Assembly (NCBI GenBank): GCA_964432825.1
Contig: CAYSOX010000005.1
Location: forward strand, 1,460 to 65,459
Source: an uncultured Lachnospiraceae bacterium
Lineage (GTDB): Bacteria > Bacillota > Clostridia > Christensenellales > UBA1242
Direction: 5' to 3'
DNA length: 64,000 nt
The notes under the pieces are model-generated. The model was not told the origin of the DNA. It searched no databases and saw nothing but the letters and a program-made list of their open reading frames with translations. The position numbers and the translations under genes were made by a program. How positions within the stretch are numbered: the stretch's first letter is position 1; every line of letters starts with the position of its first letter. This document shows positions 26,988 to 37,817 of the stretch, one piece after another.

Positions 26988-29900
26988 ATGAAGATATATA
27001 CCGCTGAAACGCATGAAACAATATTAAATAAGTTGATAGAAGAGGTTGGAGAATTGTCTCAAGACAAGTCTCGAAACTTTATTTTGGTCGTACCCGAAAA
27101 ATTGTCTTTAACTGTAGAACAGGCGGTTTTAAATGCTTCTAAAACAAAAGCGGTGACCAACATTCAGGTGTTGACACTTTCAAGACTTTTGAAAAAATTT
27201 GTTAAGTCAAACGATAATTATTTACCTAAAGAATCGGGTGTTATGATAATTAAAAAAATCATAATTGAAAATCAAGGTAAATTGGTTTGTTTTAATAAAA
27301 CGGCTAAAACAATAGGTTTTGCAGAAAAAATCTTTGATACTATTTCAAATCTTAAAAATAGTGGGGTTACCCCTAAAGATTTCGAAAAAAAAGCAAACAA
27401 CAAGGTTAATCAGTCCTTAAAAGTTAAAATGCAAGATATTTTATTGCTGTATTCCGAATACCAAAAATATATAATTGAAAATAATTTAATTGATGCGTCT
27501 GACCGTTTTATATTGCTTTCAAACCTCGTAAAGGAGAGTGTCCTTATAAAAAATAGCGAGTGCTATGTTTTAGGGTTTGACAATATCACAAGTTCGGGAC
27601 TGGAAGTGCTAAAGGCTATCTGTAAGGTTTCAAAAAGTTGTACTTTTGGGGCTGTTACTAATGTTGGATTGAATAATAGTTATATAATAGAACCCGAAAT
27701 GTTAAATAGTGTACGCGCTTTTTGTAGAGAGTTAAAAATTTCATATACCGAAGTTGAATTGAAAGATTCGGTAGAGGGCATAAGGTCGCACATTAGAAGA
27801 AATTTATTTGCCTATCCATACAACAAAATGAAAATTGGCAATGAAATAAACATAATTGAGTGTAAAAATATAACCGAAGAAGTTGAGTTTGTTGCCGAAG
27901 TAATACGAAAAAATGTAATTCGCAAAAATTTAAGATTTAGAGATTTTAGCGTGGCGTGTCCAGATACCGAGGCTTATGGCAAGGTGATACAATCGGTTTT
28001 TAAAGAGTATAATATTCCGGTTTTTGTTGAGAAAAGTGAAAAATTATCCACACATCCAATGGTGCAATTTATAAATCAAATTTTTCATTGCGAAAGACGA
28101 CACTTTTTGACGAGTGACATTATTACACTCTCAAAAAATTATTTTGTAGGAGAAAATTTAGAGGATGTAAATGTTTTTGAAAATTATTGCATCAAATATG
28201 GAATAAATTTTGACAAATTTAAAAAGCCTTTTGAATACGGTGAAGATGCAACCCAAGAAAAACCAATAACCGAAAAAGTAATTGCTGAAAATGTCAGAAG
28301 TTGTGTGATGGGCAAATTGACTCAAGTTGTGGGATGTTTAGAGCAGGCAAAAACAGTGCATGAATATTGCCTTGCAATAAAACAGATTTTTGAGGTTTTT
28401 AATATTGAAACTAAACTGAATGAGTTTATTGAAACCTTAATTAAAGGTCAGGACCGACAAGAGGCGGAGTTTTCTAAGCAAGTTATTGAAAAATATCTAG
28501 AAGTTGTGGATGAAATAGATTACATAATGGGTAGTTTGGCAATTGGAATAGATGAATTCTTTGGAATTTTGTCAAGCGGTGTGGATAGTCAAACAATTTC
28601 GTTAATACCGGTGTTTGTGGATAGCGTTTTTGTTGGTGATGTTAGCACAAGTAAAATCATATCACCGAAATTTTTGTTTGTTGTTGGGGCAACGGATGGT
28701 GCACTTCCAAAGTCGGTGGAAGATTGTGGAATCATTGTAGATAGCGAGTTAAATGAACTTTCAGAAGGTATCGGCAAAAAGATAGAACCTACAATAAAAA
28801 CTATAAATAAAAGGGAACGCTATAAATTTTTAACTTTACTTTCATCTTTCAGTGAAAAAATGTATGTAACCTATCCTAAAATGGATGCAACATTAACGGA
28901 GCAAAATCCAAGCCTTGCAATATTGGACTTAAAGAAGATATTTTACAAAAAAGACGACCCTCGTGAGACAATGGAAATTATGACGCTTGCAAGTTACCGA
29001 ACGCGTAGAGTGTTGTTTGGGGATGATTCAAAAGAAATGAGTTATGCCTATGAGTTTGCTACAAAAGAAGTAGGGTATAAGAAACTTTTAAACTATCTTT
29101 CGGAGGAAAATCAAGGTGCTATGTCAGACACACCTTTCGTAGTTTCCAATCTTTTCTATGCATTAAAAGAGTTGAATGTATGTCGAGAATCAAACCTAAA
29201 ACAAATAACCTCAAAGATAAATAAAATCATCAACCCACAAGAATTTTTCTTCCCAAATAAAACCACTAGCATTTCGCAGTTGGAAGCATATTTTACTTGT
29301 CCATTCAAATTTTTTGCCAATTATGGTTTAAAAATTAGAGAGCGGGAGGAAAGTTTGCTTAAAAGTATAGACTTTGGTAATATTTTGCATAAAATTGCCG
29401 AATTATATGTAAAAAATATTGAAACCTATTTAGGTGAAGAGAATTTAATTGTAAGAAAAAAGAAGATTGAAGCATTGATAAATTTTGTCTTTGATTCAGA
29501 AAAATTGGTGGTTGCAAAAAATAAGCATATTGTAGGTTCGTTAAAAAATGAGGCAAAAAGACTAATCGACGCACTAACTTATCAATATTCAGTTTCAAAT
29601 TTCAAACCAAAATATGAAGAATTAGTTTTTGGTGCAAAAGGTGCGGTTAAGGGGTTAGAACTAGGTCATGGCATCAAACTTGAAGGAAAAATTGATAGAG
29701 TTGATTATTTTGGAGATAAGTTTAGGGTAATAGACTATAAAACAGGGCGAATTGATTTGCAAGCAAAAAATGTGTATTATGGCAATAAAATTCAATTGTT
29801 TATGTATTTAAATGCCTTAAAAAATAAAAAATCACTTCCAATAGGTGCCTTTTATTTGCCAATAAAAAACATATTTGTAGAAGAAGAGTTGGGAACATTT

Positions 29901-30332
29901 TTGTCAACATATAAGTTGCAAGGTTATTTTGAAGATGATACCGCACTTGCAAAAAATATGGATATCCAATTAAATGCCAACAATCCATCAAGTAATTGTT
30001 TGGTTGCAAGTTTAAAGGCAGATAAATCAATTAAAGAAACGGATAATTATATACTAAAAAAACAAAATCATATTTTAAGTCGGGATGAACTTGATGGTGT
30101 TTTGGATTATTGTATGAAGTTATCCAAGCAAGCCGTAAAAGAGATTTTAGATGGTTATATCGAAAAGTCGCCAATCGAATCGGCGGATAAACCCGCTTGC
30201 GAGCATTGTGAATATCGCAATTGTTGTGGAAATTCCAAAACAGATATTAAAAGTCGAACGACCGAATCGGTTAGTTTTCAACAATTTTCAGAAATAGATG
30301 GAGAAAAAAATGGCACAAAAGCAAAAAACTAA
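26988..30332 (+). CDS. addB: helicase-nuclease AddAB subunit B
   Basis: Length, position upstream of addA, RecB-like nuclease motif (GKIDRVD...IDYK) and Fe-S Cys cluster (CPFKFF ... CEHCEYRNCC). Confidence 0.9.
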   Translation: MKIYTAETHETILNKLIEEVGELSQDKSRNFILVVPEKLSLTVEQAVLNASKTKAVTNIQVLTLSRLLKKFVKSNDNYLPKESGVMIIKKIIIENQGKLVCFNKTAKTIGFAEKIFDTISNLKNSGVTPKDFEKKANNKVNQSLKVKMQDILLLYSEYQKYIIENNLIDASDRFILLSNLVKESVLIKNSECYVLGFDNITSSGLEVLKAICKVSKSCTFGAVTNVGLNNSYIIEPEMLNSVRAFCRELKISYTEVELKDSVEGIRSHIRRNLFAYPYNKMKIGNEINIIECKNITEEVEFVAEVIRKNVIRKNLRFRDFSVACPDTEAYGKVIQSVFKEYNIPVFVEKSEKLSTHPMVQFINQIFHCERRHFLTSDIITLSKNYFVGENLEDVNVFENYCIKYGINFDKFKKPFEYGEDATQEKPITEKVIAENVRSCVMGKLTQVVGCLEQAKTVHEYCLAIKQIFEVFNIETKLNEFIETLIKGQDRQEAEFSKQVIEKYLEVVDEIDYIMGSLAIGIDEFFGILSSGVDSQTISLIPVFVDSVFVGDVSTSKIISPKFLFVVGATDGALPKSVEDCGIIVDSELNELSEGIGKKIEPTIKTINKRERYKFLTLLSSFSEKMYVTYPKMDATLTEQNPSLAILDLKKIFYKKDDPRETMEIMTLASYRTRRVLFGDDSKEMSYAYEFATKEVGYKKLLNYLSEENQGAMSDTPFVVSNLFYALKELNVCRESNLKQITSKINKIINPQEFFFPNKTTSISQLEAYFTCPFKFFANYGLKIREREESLLKSIDFGNILHKIAELYVKNIETYLGEENLIVRKKKIEALINFVFDSEKLVVAKNKHIVGSLKNEAKRLIDALTYQYSVSNFKPKYEELVFGAKGAVKGLELGHGIKLEGKIDRVDYFGDKFRVIDYKTGRIDLQAKNVYYGNKIQLFMYLNALKNKKSLPIGAFYLPIKNIFVEEELGTFLSTYKLQGYFEDDTALAKNMDIQLNANNPSSNCLVASLKADKSIKETDNYILKKQNHILSRDELDGVLDYCMKLSKQAVKEILDGYIEKSPIESADKPACEHCEYRNCCGNSKTDIKSRTTESVSFQQFSEIDGEKNGTKAKN

Positions 30333-33300
30333 TGAAAGAAAATTAACAGCCGAACAACTAGAGTGTATAGAAAATAGAGGCAACAACCTTTTGGTGTCGG
30401 CGTCTGCAGGCTCCGGAAAGACTTTTGTTATGATAGAAAGAATAAAGGAGATGATTAAAAGAAAAGAAGTTTCGGTTTCTAACATTTTGGTCGTAACTTT
30501 CACAAAGGCTGCCGCGGGCGAAATGAAAGCACGATTAATAAAAGGGCTTGAAGAGGTTGAAGAAAAAGACGATTACATTAAAGAGCAATTATTAGAAGTA
30601 AACTCGGCTAGCATTTGCACCTTGCATAGTTTTTGTTCAAAAATGCTGAAAACCTATTTTTATGCCATAGGTTTAGACCCTGCTTTTACATTAATTGATG
30701 AAGAAGAAAGTAATAATTTAAAAGCAAAGGCATTTTCGCGCTTGATAGACGATGCGTTTTTAGAGGATGATAAAAACTTTTTTGAACTATTGGATTGTTT
30801 TTCGGTAAACAGAAAGGAAGACAACTTTAAAGATGTAATCAACAAGTTTTATGAATTTTTGTTAACAATTGTAAATTCGGACGAATGGTTTTATAATTCC
30901 GTAGAAAAGACTTATACTACAAATTTGGATGAAAATGTGTGTGCAAAATACATAAACGATTACATATCCAAAAGGTTCGCAAAACAATTACGCGTGGCAA
31001 ACGAACTATTAAAGGACGAACTTTTGCAAAAAAACGAAAAGTTGGTGTCATACATCAATAGTTTTTATTTAAATTTACTAAAAGTGAAGCAAGAAAATAG
31101 TTTTAAGGAAAATTTAAAGGGAATAAAAACACTTGAAAAAGTTCCTAATATGCCAATTCTAAAAGATGAATTTGTTTACTTAAAACCAATAGTGGATGAT
31201 TTTAAAGAGACCACAAAAGAATTGTTTAGCACAGCGCAATCGCTTTATTTAAAGGATGAAGGTGCGGTTTTCCAAAAGAAAATGAATACCACGCGTGAAA
31301 ATCTGTTGAATCTATATAAAATAGTTAGAAAGTTTGAAAGCCTTTATGTTGAGATGAAAAAAGAAAGAGTGGCACTAGATTTTTCAGATTTGGAGCAAGG
31401 TATGATAAAATTGTTGTCATTACCCGAGATTCGTGAAAGTATTAGGGAAAAATACAAATATGTTTTTGTGGATGAGTATCAAGATACCAATGCAATTCAA
31501 GAGGCTATTATAAAAGGGGTTGCGGGTGCAAATAATTTGTTTATGGTAGGGGATGTTAAGCAAAGTATTTATAGGTTCCGTGCAAGCGAACCCGAAATAT
31601 TTGTTGATAAATACAATAGTTATAATAAATCAACTACCAAGCAATCTAAGGCAATTAAGTTAAATGCAAACTTTAGAAGCCATAAAGATATTTTGGATTT
31701 TTCAAATGAGGTTTTTCTTCGTGCAATGACGCCCGAGTTTGGTGGTGTTAATTATTATCAAGATGCAATGTTTGTAAAGCCCGTCGCTGAAGAAAAAACG
31801 GGACCCGAGGTCTTAAAACCAGTCACACTTTGCATAATTCACGAGCAAGTAAAGGAAAAAAAGACCGAAGAAAAAGAAAGTCTACCGCTGTATAGTGTAC
31901 AAAATCACCAAGAAATGGAAAGTGAAAGCGTGAAAAAGGCGGAAACAGAAGGTGAGGTATTAGCACAAAACATTAAAAAATTAATAAGTGGTGGGGTTCG
32001 GGTAAAAAAGAATGATAACCGACCGTTAACATATAAAGACATTGCAATATTGTCACAAAACAGAGGGGAATATCTTGAAAATATTTTAAAGGTTTTAGAG
32101 AAAAATAATATTCCATATACTTCGGATATAAAACAAGATGTTTTTGAAAATATATATATAAATGCATTAAATTCCTTTTTAATGCTTGCGGATAATAGAT
32201 TTAACGATATCCCATTGTTTATGGTTTTGCAATCAATATTTACCGATTTTTCACTTGATGAAATAAGTGAAATTAGAAGAAAAAATCGAGAAAAGAAGTT
32301 CTTTTATCAAGCATTTTTTGATGGGGACTATAGTGAAATTTCCGACCGTACACGAAAAAAAGTCGAAAAATTTAAGGCATTGCTTGACGAGTTGACCTTT
32401 TGTAGTAAATATTTAAAGGTGGATGAGTTAATAAAGAGAGTAGTTAAGTTGTTGGATTTTGAAACAATGGTTCTTAGAACGGAAGACGGCAAATATACTT
32501 TAAACCTATTGAATAAATTTGTCACATATGTAGGTTCTAAAAGTTACAATTCAACACTTGCAGATTATCTAGAAAGTATTAGCGAAAATGAAATAACATT
32601 TGCAAGTGAGCCTAGCGAAAATGCTTGTTTAGTTACCACCATTCATCAAAGCAAGGGGCTGGAATATCCTGCAGTATTTTTGGTGGGGGCTGGAACTCAA
32701 CTTTTAAACAAACAAGCATTAAGGGATTTTATTCCGTCTAAAGATTTGGGAATAGGTTTGCCTTATCAAGATATTGTGGTTAGAACAAAATCTTCACTTT
32801 TACCATTAAATGCCATAAAACTTCAAACCAATACTCAAAATTTGGAAGAAAAATTAAGATTGTTATATGTTGCACTGACGCGAGCCGTTCAAAATTTGTT
32901 TGTAATAGGGTTTGTAAAAAAGGACGGAAAAGCGGTAGAGCCTTGCGAGGCTAAAACCTTTATGGACTGGATAATGCCTGTTGTGTATGCAAAAAATTTA
33001 GGCGGATTAGTGTCTTTTGTGGACTTTGATGTAGAACATTTTGAGCAAAAGCCTATAGATAAAGAACCATCAAAGCAAAAGTTGAAAAAATTGACCCTAG
33101 AAGAACCAAATGATAATTTTATAGCAAACATTGAAAGGGTGTTAACCTATGAATATCCTTATGTAAATTCGCTTAACCAAGCCGTAAAAACCAGTGTTTC
33201 CGAACTTTTGGCAAAAGAAGACGGAGAAGTATTAAATTCAATGTTTGTAGGGTTAGATAATAGTCTTGCTATTTCTAAGGGTAATGCCTATCATAAAGTT

Positions 33301-33762
33301 ATGCAAACGATTGACTTTTCTAAAAAAACTAGGGCAGAAATTGAAAAGCATATTCAATCCCTTACAAGTCGCGGAGAACTTTCAATTGAAGAAATGAACT
33401 TAATTGCAATAGAAGATATTGAAAAACTATTAAATGATAAAATTTTTATAAATCTTACCCGGGGTAAAGTTTTTAGAGAACAAGAATTTATTTCAAAAAC
33501 AAATTTTACTAGTGCCATTAAAAAATCTGTTGGCGAAGAGGCAATTTTGCAAGGGGTGGTGGACTTCATTTCAATAATAGATGGTTCGGCTTATGTTTTA
33601 GATTACAAGACAAATAATTTTAAAAAAGAAAAAGATTATTTAGATAAATATGCCTTGCAATTGAAACTATATGCCGATGTAGTTGCTGAAAGTTTTGGGG
33701 TTAAAATCGCAAAAAAATTAATATATTCCTTTAAATTAGGTAAGTTTATCGAGGTCAAATAA
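30310..33762 (+). CDS. addA: ATP-dependent helicase/nuclease AddAB subunit A
   Basis: UvrD-type motifs VSASAGSGKT, VDEYQDTN, VGDVKQSIYRFR and TIHQSKGLE, plus a C-terminal nuclease (VVDFI...LDYKT). Overlaps the addB end. Confidence 0.9.
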   Translation: MAQKQKTNERKLTAEQLECIENRGNNLLVSASAGSGKTFVMIERIKEMIKRKEVSVSNILVVTFTKAAAGEMKARLIKGLEEVEEKDDYIKEQLLEVNSASICTLHSFCSKMLKTYFYAIGLDPAFTLIDEEESNNLKAKAFSRLIDDAFLEDDKNFFELLDCFSVNRKEDNFKDVINKFYEFLLTIVNSDEWFYNSVEKTYTTNLDENVCAKYINDYISKRFAKQLRVANELLKDELLQKNEKLVSYINSFYLNLLKVKQENSFKENLKGIKTLEKVPNMPILKDEFVYLKPIVDDFKETTKELFSTAQSLYLKDEGAVFQKKMNTTRENLLNLYKIVRKFESLYVEMKKERVALDFSDLEQGMIKLLSLPEIRESIREKYKYVFVDEYQDTNAIQEAIIKGVAGANNLFMVGDVKQSIYRFRASEPEIFVDKYNSYNKSTTKQSKAIKLNANFRSHKDILDFSNEVFLRAMTPEFGGVNYYQDAMFVKPVAEEKTGPEVLKPVTLCIIHEQVKEKKTEEKESLPLYSVQNHQEMESESVKKAETEGEVLAQNIKKLISGGVRVKKNDNRPLTYKDIAILSQNRGEYLENILKVLEKNNIPYTSDIKQDVFENIYINALNSFLMLADNRFNDIPLFMVLQSIFTDFSLDEISEIRRKNREKKFFYQAFFDGDYSEISDRTRKKVEKFKALLDELTFCSKYLKVDELIKRVVKLLDFETMVLRTEDGKYTLNLLNKFVTYVGSKSYNSTLADYLESISENEITFASEPSENACLVTTIHQSKGLEYPAVFLVGAGTQLLNKQALRDFIPSKDLGIGLPYQDIVVRTKSSLLPLNAIKLQTNTQNLEEKLRLLYVALTRAVQNLFVIGFVKKDGKAVEPCEAKTFMDWIMPVVYAKNLGGLVSFVDFDVEHFEQKPIDKEPSKQKLKKLTLEEPNDNFIANIERVLTYEYPYVNSLNQAVKTSVSELLAKEDGEVLNSMFVGLDNSLAISKGNAYHKVMQTIDFSKKTRAEIEKHIQSLTSRGELSIEEMNLIAIEDIEKLLNDKIFINLTRGKVFREQEFISKTNFTSAIKKSVGEEAILQGVVDFISIIDGSAYVLDYKTNNFKKEKDYLDKYALQLKLYADVVAESFGVKIAKKLIYSFKLGKFIEVK

Positions 33763-33984
33763 AGAGTATATAAATTTCAAAACCTAATCAAACCAATGCA
33801 ATTTTGAGGTGACCACTACGGTGTTCACTTCATTTGTAAATGGAAATTTATTTACAGGTGTAAAAACGGGGATTGATTCAATTTATTTTTGGCTTTATTC
33901 CGTTTGCTTTGTGACAATAAAAACCAACTATTGTAAAAAAAATTATAAAAATTTTTGAAAATTAGCAAAATAATGAAATTTTAT

Positions 33985-34013
33985 TCGACAAAATTTTTTT
34001 GGTATGCTATAAT
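33985..34013 (+). promoter_or_regulatory. strong sigma-A promoter with extended -10
   Basis: TCGACA, 17-nt spacer, TGc-TATAAT (34005-34013). Confidence 0.65.
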
Positions 34014-34064
34014 TTTTATGCTGAATCATTATAATATTTTAAAATACGGGAGAAAAGTTTAGGT

Positions 34065-35177
34065 ATGTTCGAAGGCTTAACAAAGGCATTTAATTCTTTA
34101 AGTGATAAATTAACACTGAATATGCTTGTGGTGACAAGTTTGATATTTCTTGCACTTTTGCTTGTTTGGTGTATTACTTCATTGTTGGTAAATAACTATG
34201 TTTTTATGAAAAGAAATTGCATCAAGTGTATAAAATTATTGCAAGGCGAGGGGTTAACTCGTGCAAATTATTATACATTTTCGGGTATTTTTGCAAAATT
34301 TCCAATAACAATTCGTTTTGGTTGGAAAAAGTACGAGCAGAAGAAAAATGGTAAAGCAAGTGACTATTTGTTGCAAGGTGAGTCGTTAAATTCACAATTA
34401 AATGGCGGAATCTTCAAGCAAAATAGGTCATTAATGCGTTCGGCAATTGTAGTATGCACTTGCATAATAACGCTATTTTCATTTGCATTGATTGGTACTT
34501 TCGATGGACTAGGTCGCGAGAGCGTTACACTTACAAACACTTTGGTTAAGGATGCATTAATTTTGCCGTTGGTGTTTTATATTTTGTGTATGGTGATATA
34601 CTATGTGTATGCATCAATCAGACACTTAGAGTATAAAAATTTGGTTGAAACTTATTACGACTTAGTTGATTATTTGGATGAAAAGGTTGACTTAGAAGAT
34701 GTTTTTGGGTCAAAAAGCACAGCGGTTGGCCTTATAAGTTCGGTTTACACTAATGAAACACTTCAAGGATTGGTGGATAAAAAGAAAAAACAGCAAAAAA
34801 GAATTGTTTATTCTGATGAAAATGTAGGAAAAACCAAATTAAACAACTTAAATAATGGCATTTTAGGTCACGAAGATGTAGAAGATAAAACCGATGAAAA
34901 TGTGGTTCAGTCATTTGAAAAAGTGAATACTGTTTTAGAACCAAAGGTTACCAGCGATTCTACTATTGCAAAAATTAAAAATGAGTCGGAATTTGTTGAG
35001 GTTATTGGCGAAGTTGAAGAGTTGGTGGATACAATTGGAAAGGAAAAAAATAAAGAAAAGCGTACACAACTAGAAAAAACGGTAAACAAAAAGATTAAAG
35101 CATTAACCGACTACAAACAAAAGGCAAAATCGCAAAAAGAATCGGTTGCAATTAAAAAGACAACAAAAGGAAAATAA
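34065..35177 (+). CDS. hypothetical membrane protein (about 3 TM) with a Lys/Glu-rich cytoplasmic tail
   Basis: Long ORF behind a strong promoter, with hydrophobic segments at about residues 20-42, 125-145 and 165-185. No family recognised. Confidence 0.6.
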   Translation: MFEGLTKAFNSLSDKLTLNMLVVTSLIFLALLLVWCITSLLVNNYVFMKRNCIKCIKLLQGEGLTRANYYTFSGIFAKFPITIRFGWKKYEQKKNGKASDYLLQGESLNSQLNGGIFKQNRSLMRSAIVVCTCIITLFSFALIGTFDGLGRESVTLTNTLVKDALILPLVFYILCMVIYYVYASIRHLEYKNLVETYYDLVDYLDEKVDLEDVFGSKSTAVGLISSVYTNETLQGLVDKKKKQQKRIVYSDENVGKTKLNNLNNGILGHEDVEDKTDENVVQSFEKVNTVLEPKVTSDSTIAKIKNESEFVEVIGEVEELVDTIGKEKNKEKRTQLEKTVNKKIKALTDYKQKAKSQKESVAIKKTTKGK

Positions 35178-35197
35178 TAAATTAAAGGGAGCAAGTT

Positions 35198-35407
35198 ATG
35201 CGAAAGAAAGTAGAAATAAAAAAGACGATGACATTAGACGAGGTTTTGACAATCAATCCAAATTTTGCCGAAATTTTAATGGGTTTTGGAATGCATTGCT
35301 TAGGCTGTCCATGTTCTCGTGCGGAAACATTAGAAGAAGCATCTATGGTTCATGGATTTGATGCTCAATTATTGTTAGATAAGTTAAATGAAGAGATGAA
35401 TAAATAA
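35198..35407 (+). CDS. DUF1858 domain (hybrid-cluster-associated redox disulfide-like) protein
   Basis: MTLDEVLTINPNFAEILMGFGMHCLGCPCSRAETLEEA is the characteristic DUF1858 CxxC core. Confidence 0.75.
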   Translation: MRKKVEIKKTMTLDEVLTINPNFAEILMGFGMHCLGCPCSRAETLEEASMVHGFDAQLLLDKLNEEMNK

Positions 35408-35427
35408 TTTTTTATGGTGGGAGTCAA

Positions 35428-37686
35428 ATGAAAAGATTTCTTAAAGTTTTATTTTCATTATTGTTTTTAGGCTTTTCGGGGTTGATGCTGTCGGCATGTG
35501 GTAGCAATACGCTTATTCCAGTTGCGGGTGTTGACTTTTATGAAGAAGAGGTGTATGCCGTTATTGGCGACACCATAGACTTAAAACATAAGGTTTATCC
35601 AAGTAACGCAAGCAATAGTCTTGTGTCTTATTGGAGTACCGATGATAACATTGTTTCGGTTAGTGAAGATGGTGTTGCAACCGTCAAAGATAGTGGCGAA
35701 GCATATGTTGTTGTTCGTACAATTGATGGTGGATATATAGATAGATGTAAGATAGTTACAAAGATTGACCCAGACGAAATTAAATGGAAGACTACCGACC
35801 AAAGAATCCAACCGGTAACAGATAGGTCTAAGCCTTATTCAGGAACGGCTACAGTTGCGGTTGACCAAGACATAAAATTGGAAGTTATCTATTCATTAAA
35901 TGGAATAGAAAATAATGGCGCAATCACAAATAAAAATATCAAGTTCACTTCATCCAATCCAGATAACATTGAAGTTATAAATGAAAGTGAGGGAATTTTG
36001 CGTGCTGTAGATAATAACATTCGAAGTGAAGAGGGAACTCCTTATTCAGATATAACTGCATCTATTCAAACGGCAAAGGGAGAATTAAAAATCACTTGCA
36101 GAGTTTATGTTAATGAATATTCTACATCGGGCAAATTGGTTTTAAATAAAGTTAATGGAAATGAGCCAATTTTAATAAAAAGAGATGGCAGTGATAAACT
36201 TATATTGGATGCCGATAACAAAGGTATCGATTGTTACACCTTTTTAATGAATACTTCAGATTATTTAAAATCTGATTATACAATGAATATATATAGTTCA
36301 AACCCAGAAGTTTTTGAGGTTACCTTCCAAGAATATAAGGCGGATGGAAAATGCTATTTTACCATAGTACCAAAAAAAGAGGGCGAAGAGCGACTTTATA
36401 TCAATACAACATGTTATGACGAAAGTGGAAAATTAATTAGCGTAATAGTAAATATTTCAGTTCAAGCATCGGTTGATTTTGTTGATGTTTCAGCAAAAGA
36501 CAACAAAAAGTATCAACCTGTTACAATATATAATATAGTGGATTATGTAAATAAATGGGTAATACTTGATAATGCAGGAAACCCAAAATTAAACAATTTA
36601 GGCGTTCCTGAAGATTCCGATGTTGTTACAATTCCAGACGCCGAAAATGGAGGGTTTAAAAATCCATCTGTTGAAGAATTGGTTGCGAATGGTTATACAA
36701 TAGTTTATGTAAAAGATGCCGAGCAAATAGATACCACGCAAATTGATTATTTAGTTAAAAAAGAAATTAATTTTGGAGAAGAGGTAAGTTTAAAAATAAA
36801 ACAAGTAAGAGTGCCTATTTACACCGCAACTTCTTCAGAGTATGGCACTGAAATTGTTGAAAATGATGAAATCTTCTCGCTTGATATGACCTATTACGAC
36901 GAACTATTTGATAAAGATGGAAAATATGTCGGCAAAAAGGTTATTGAAGGTGCGGAAAGAAAGTTATATTTTGAAGATATGGCTGGAGACTTAGTAGTTT
37001 ATAAAGACAAGGATGAAAATGGAAATCCTGCCAAAGCCTATATTTATATGGATGTTAATGGTGAACGCCAAAAAGTTTATATTAAAACCTTAGATAGTGT
37101 AACCATTCCAGAGGGTGGTAGAACATATTCAAGTTGTTCTCCATACATTTCAAAATATGGTAACAATAGTTTTAAAGTTGTTAATGTTCCGCAAGACATA
37201 GATAAAGAGTTCTATATTTTAGGATATGTTGCAAAGAACAATTCCGCCGAGGGTGAAAATGGTGTTGAAAACTTTGAAGATAGAGTATATTTTGTGTATT
37301 CATTCTTTATTCGTTCAAGATTAGATGGTGTTATTTGTTCGGTTAATCCGGCTTCGGTTCAAACTGTAAATAATACTACAACCATCACACTTCCAAATAT
37401 AGGAACGGAAGAAGTTACCATAACTTTAGGTCGCGAAATTGATTTATATTTATATTCTTATTCGTTTGACTTAACGGCTCCTCAACCTGCAAAGGTAACA
37501 GTTGATTATTCAGCACTTAGCGGAATATTGGAAGTTGTTCAAGACTCACAAAATGAAAATAAGTTTACCTTCCGTTCAAAAAATAACACGGCAGGTGCCG
37601 GTGTTGTAAAGGTAAGTGCAACCAATGGAGAAAAGACGGTAACTATAGAAATTATAGTTCATATAGAAGAAAATATGGAAGGCTAA
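35428..37686 (+). CDS. lipoprotein with a Big_2 (bacterial Ig-like) domain and a long uncharacterised region
   Basis: Lipobox LMLSAC. Big_2-like VYPSNASNSLVSYWSTDDNIVSVSEDGVATVKDSGEAYVVV. Confidence 0.7.
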   Translation: MKRFLKVLFSLLFLGFSGLMLSACGSNTLIPVAGVDFYEEEVYAVIGDTIDLKHKVYPSNASNSLVSYWSTDDNIVSVSEDGVATVKDSGEAYVVVRTIDGGYIDRCKIVTKIDPDEIKWKTTDQRIQPVTDRSKPYSGTATVAVDQDIKLEVIYSLNGIENNGAITNKNIKFTSSNPDNIEVINESEGILRAVDNNIRSEEGTPYSDITASIQTAKGELKITCRVYVNEYSTSGKLVLNKVNGNEPILIKRDGSDKLILDADNKGIDCYTFLMNTSDYLKSDYTMNIYSSNPEVFEVTFQEYKADGKCYFTIVPKKEGEERLYINTTCYDESGKLISVIVNISVQASVDFVDVSAKDNKKYQPVTIYNIVDYVNKWVILDNAGNPKLNNLGVPEDSDVVTIPDAENGGFKNPSVEELVANGYTIVYVKDAEQIDTTQIDYLVKKEINFGEEVSLKIKQVRVPIYTATSSEYGTEIVENDEIFSLDMTYYDELFDKDGKYVGKKVIEGAERKLYFEDMAGDLVVYKDKDENGNPAKAYIYMDVNGERQKVYIKTLDSVTIPEGGRTYSSCSPYISKYGNNSFKVVNVPQDIDKEFYILGYVAKNNSAEGENGVENFEDRVYFVYSFFIRSRLDGVICSVNPASVQTVNNTTTITLPNIGTEEVTITLGREIDLYLYSYSFDLTAPQPAKVTVDYSALSGILEVVQDSQNENKFTFRSKNNTAGAGVVKVSATNGEKTVTIEIIVHIEENMEG

Positions 37687-37693
37687 ACCGAAT

Positions 37694-37736
37694 AAAAAAT
37701 AACCCAAATTGTGAATAATTTGGGTTATTTTTTTCG
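37694..37736 (+). terminator. intrinsic terminator
   Basis: Stem ATAACCCAAATT/AATTTGGGTTAT followed by a T7 run. Confidence 0.8.
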
Positions 37737-37745
37737 TAAAGGGTA

Positions 37746-37774
37746 TTGACAAATTGATGGTTTCAGTGTATAAT
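37746..37774 (+). promoter_or_regulatory. consensus sigma-A promoter
   Basis: TTGACA, 17-nt spacer, TATAAT (37769-37774). Confidence 0.7.
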
Positions 37775-37817
37775 ACTTGCAACTAGAAAATAATATAGAT
37801 TTCGGGGGAAATATATT

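Noticed and set aside
35146-35361. 71-aa plus-strand ORF overlapping the end of the 370-aa gene and the DUF1858 gene
   Set aside because: It is out of frame with two better-supported CDSs, and the DUF1858 frame shows the family signature.
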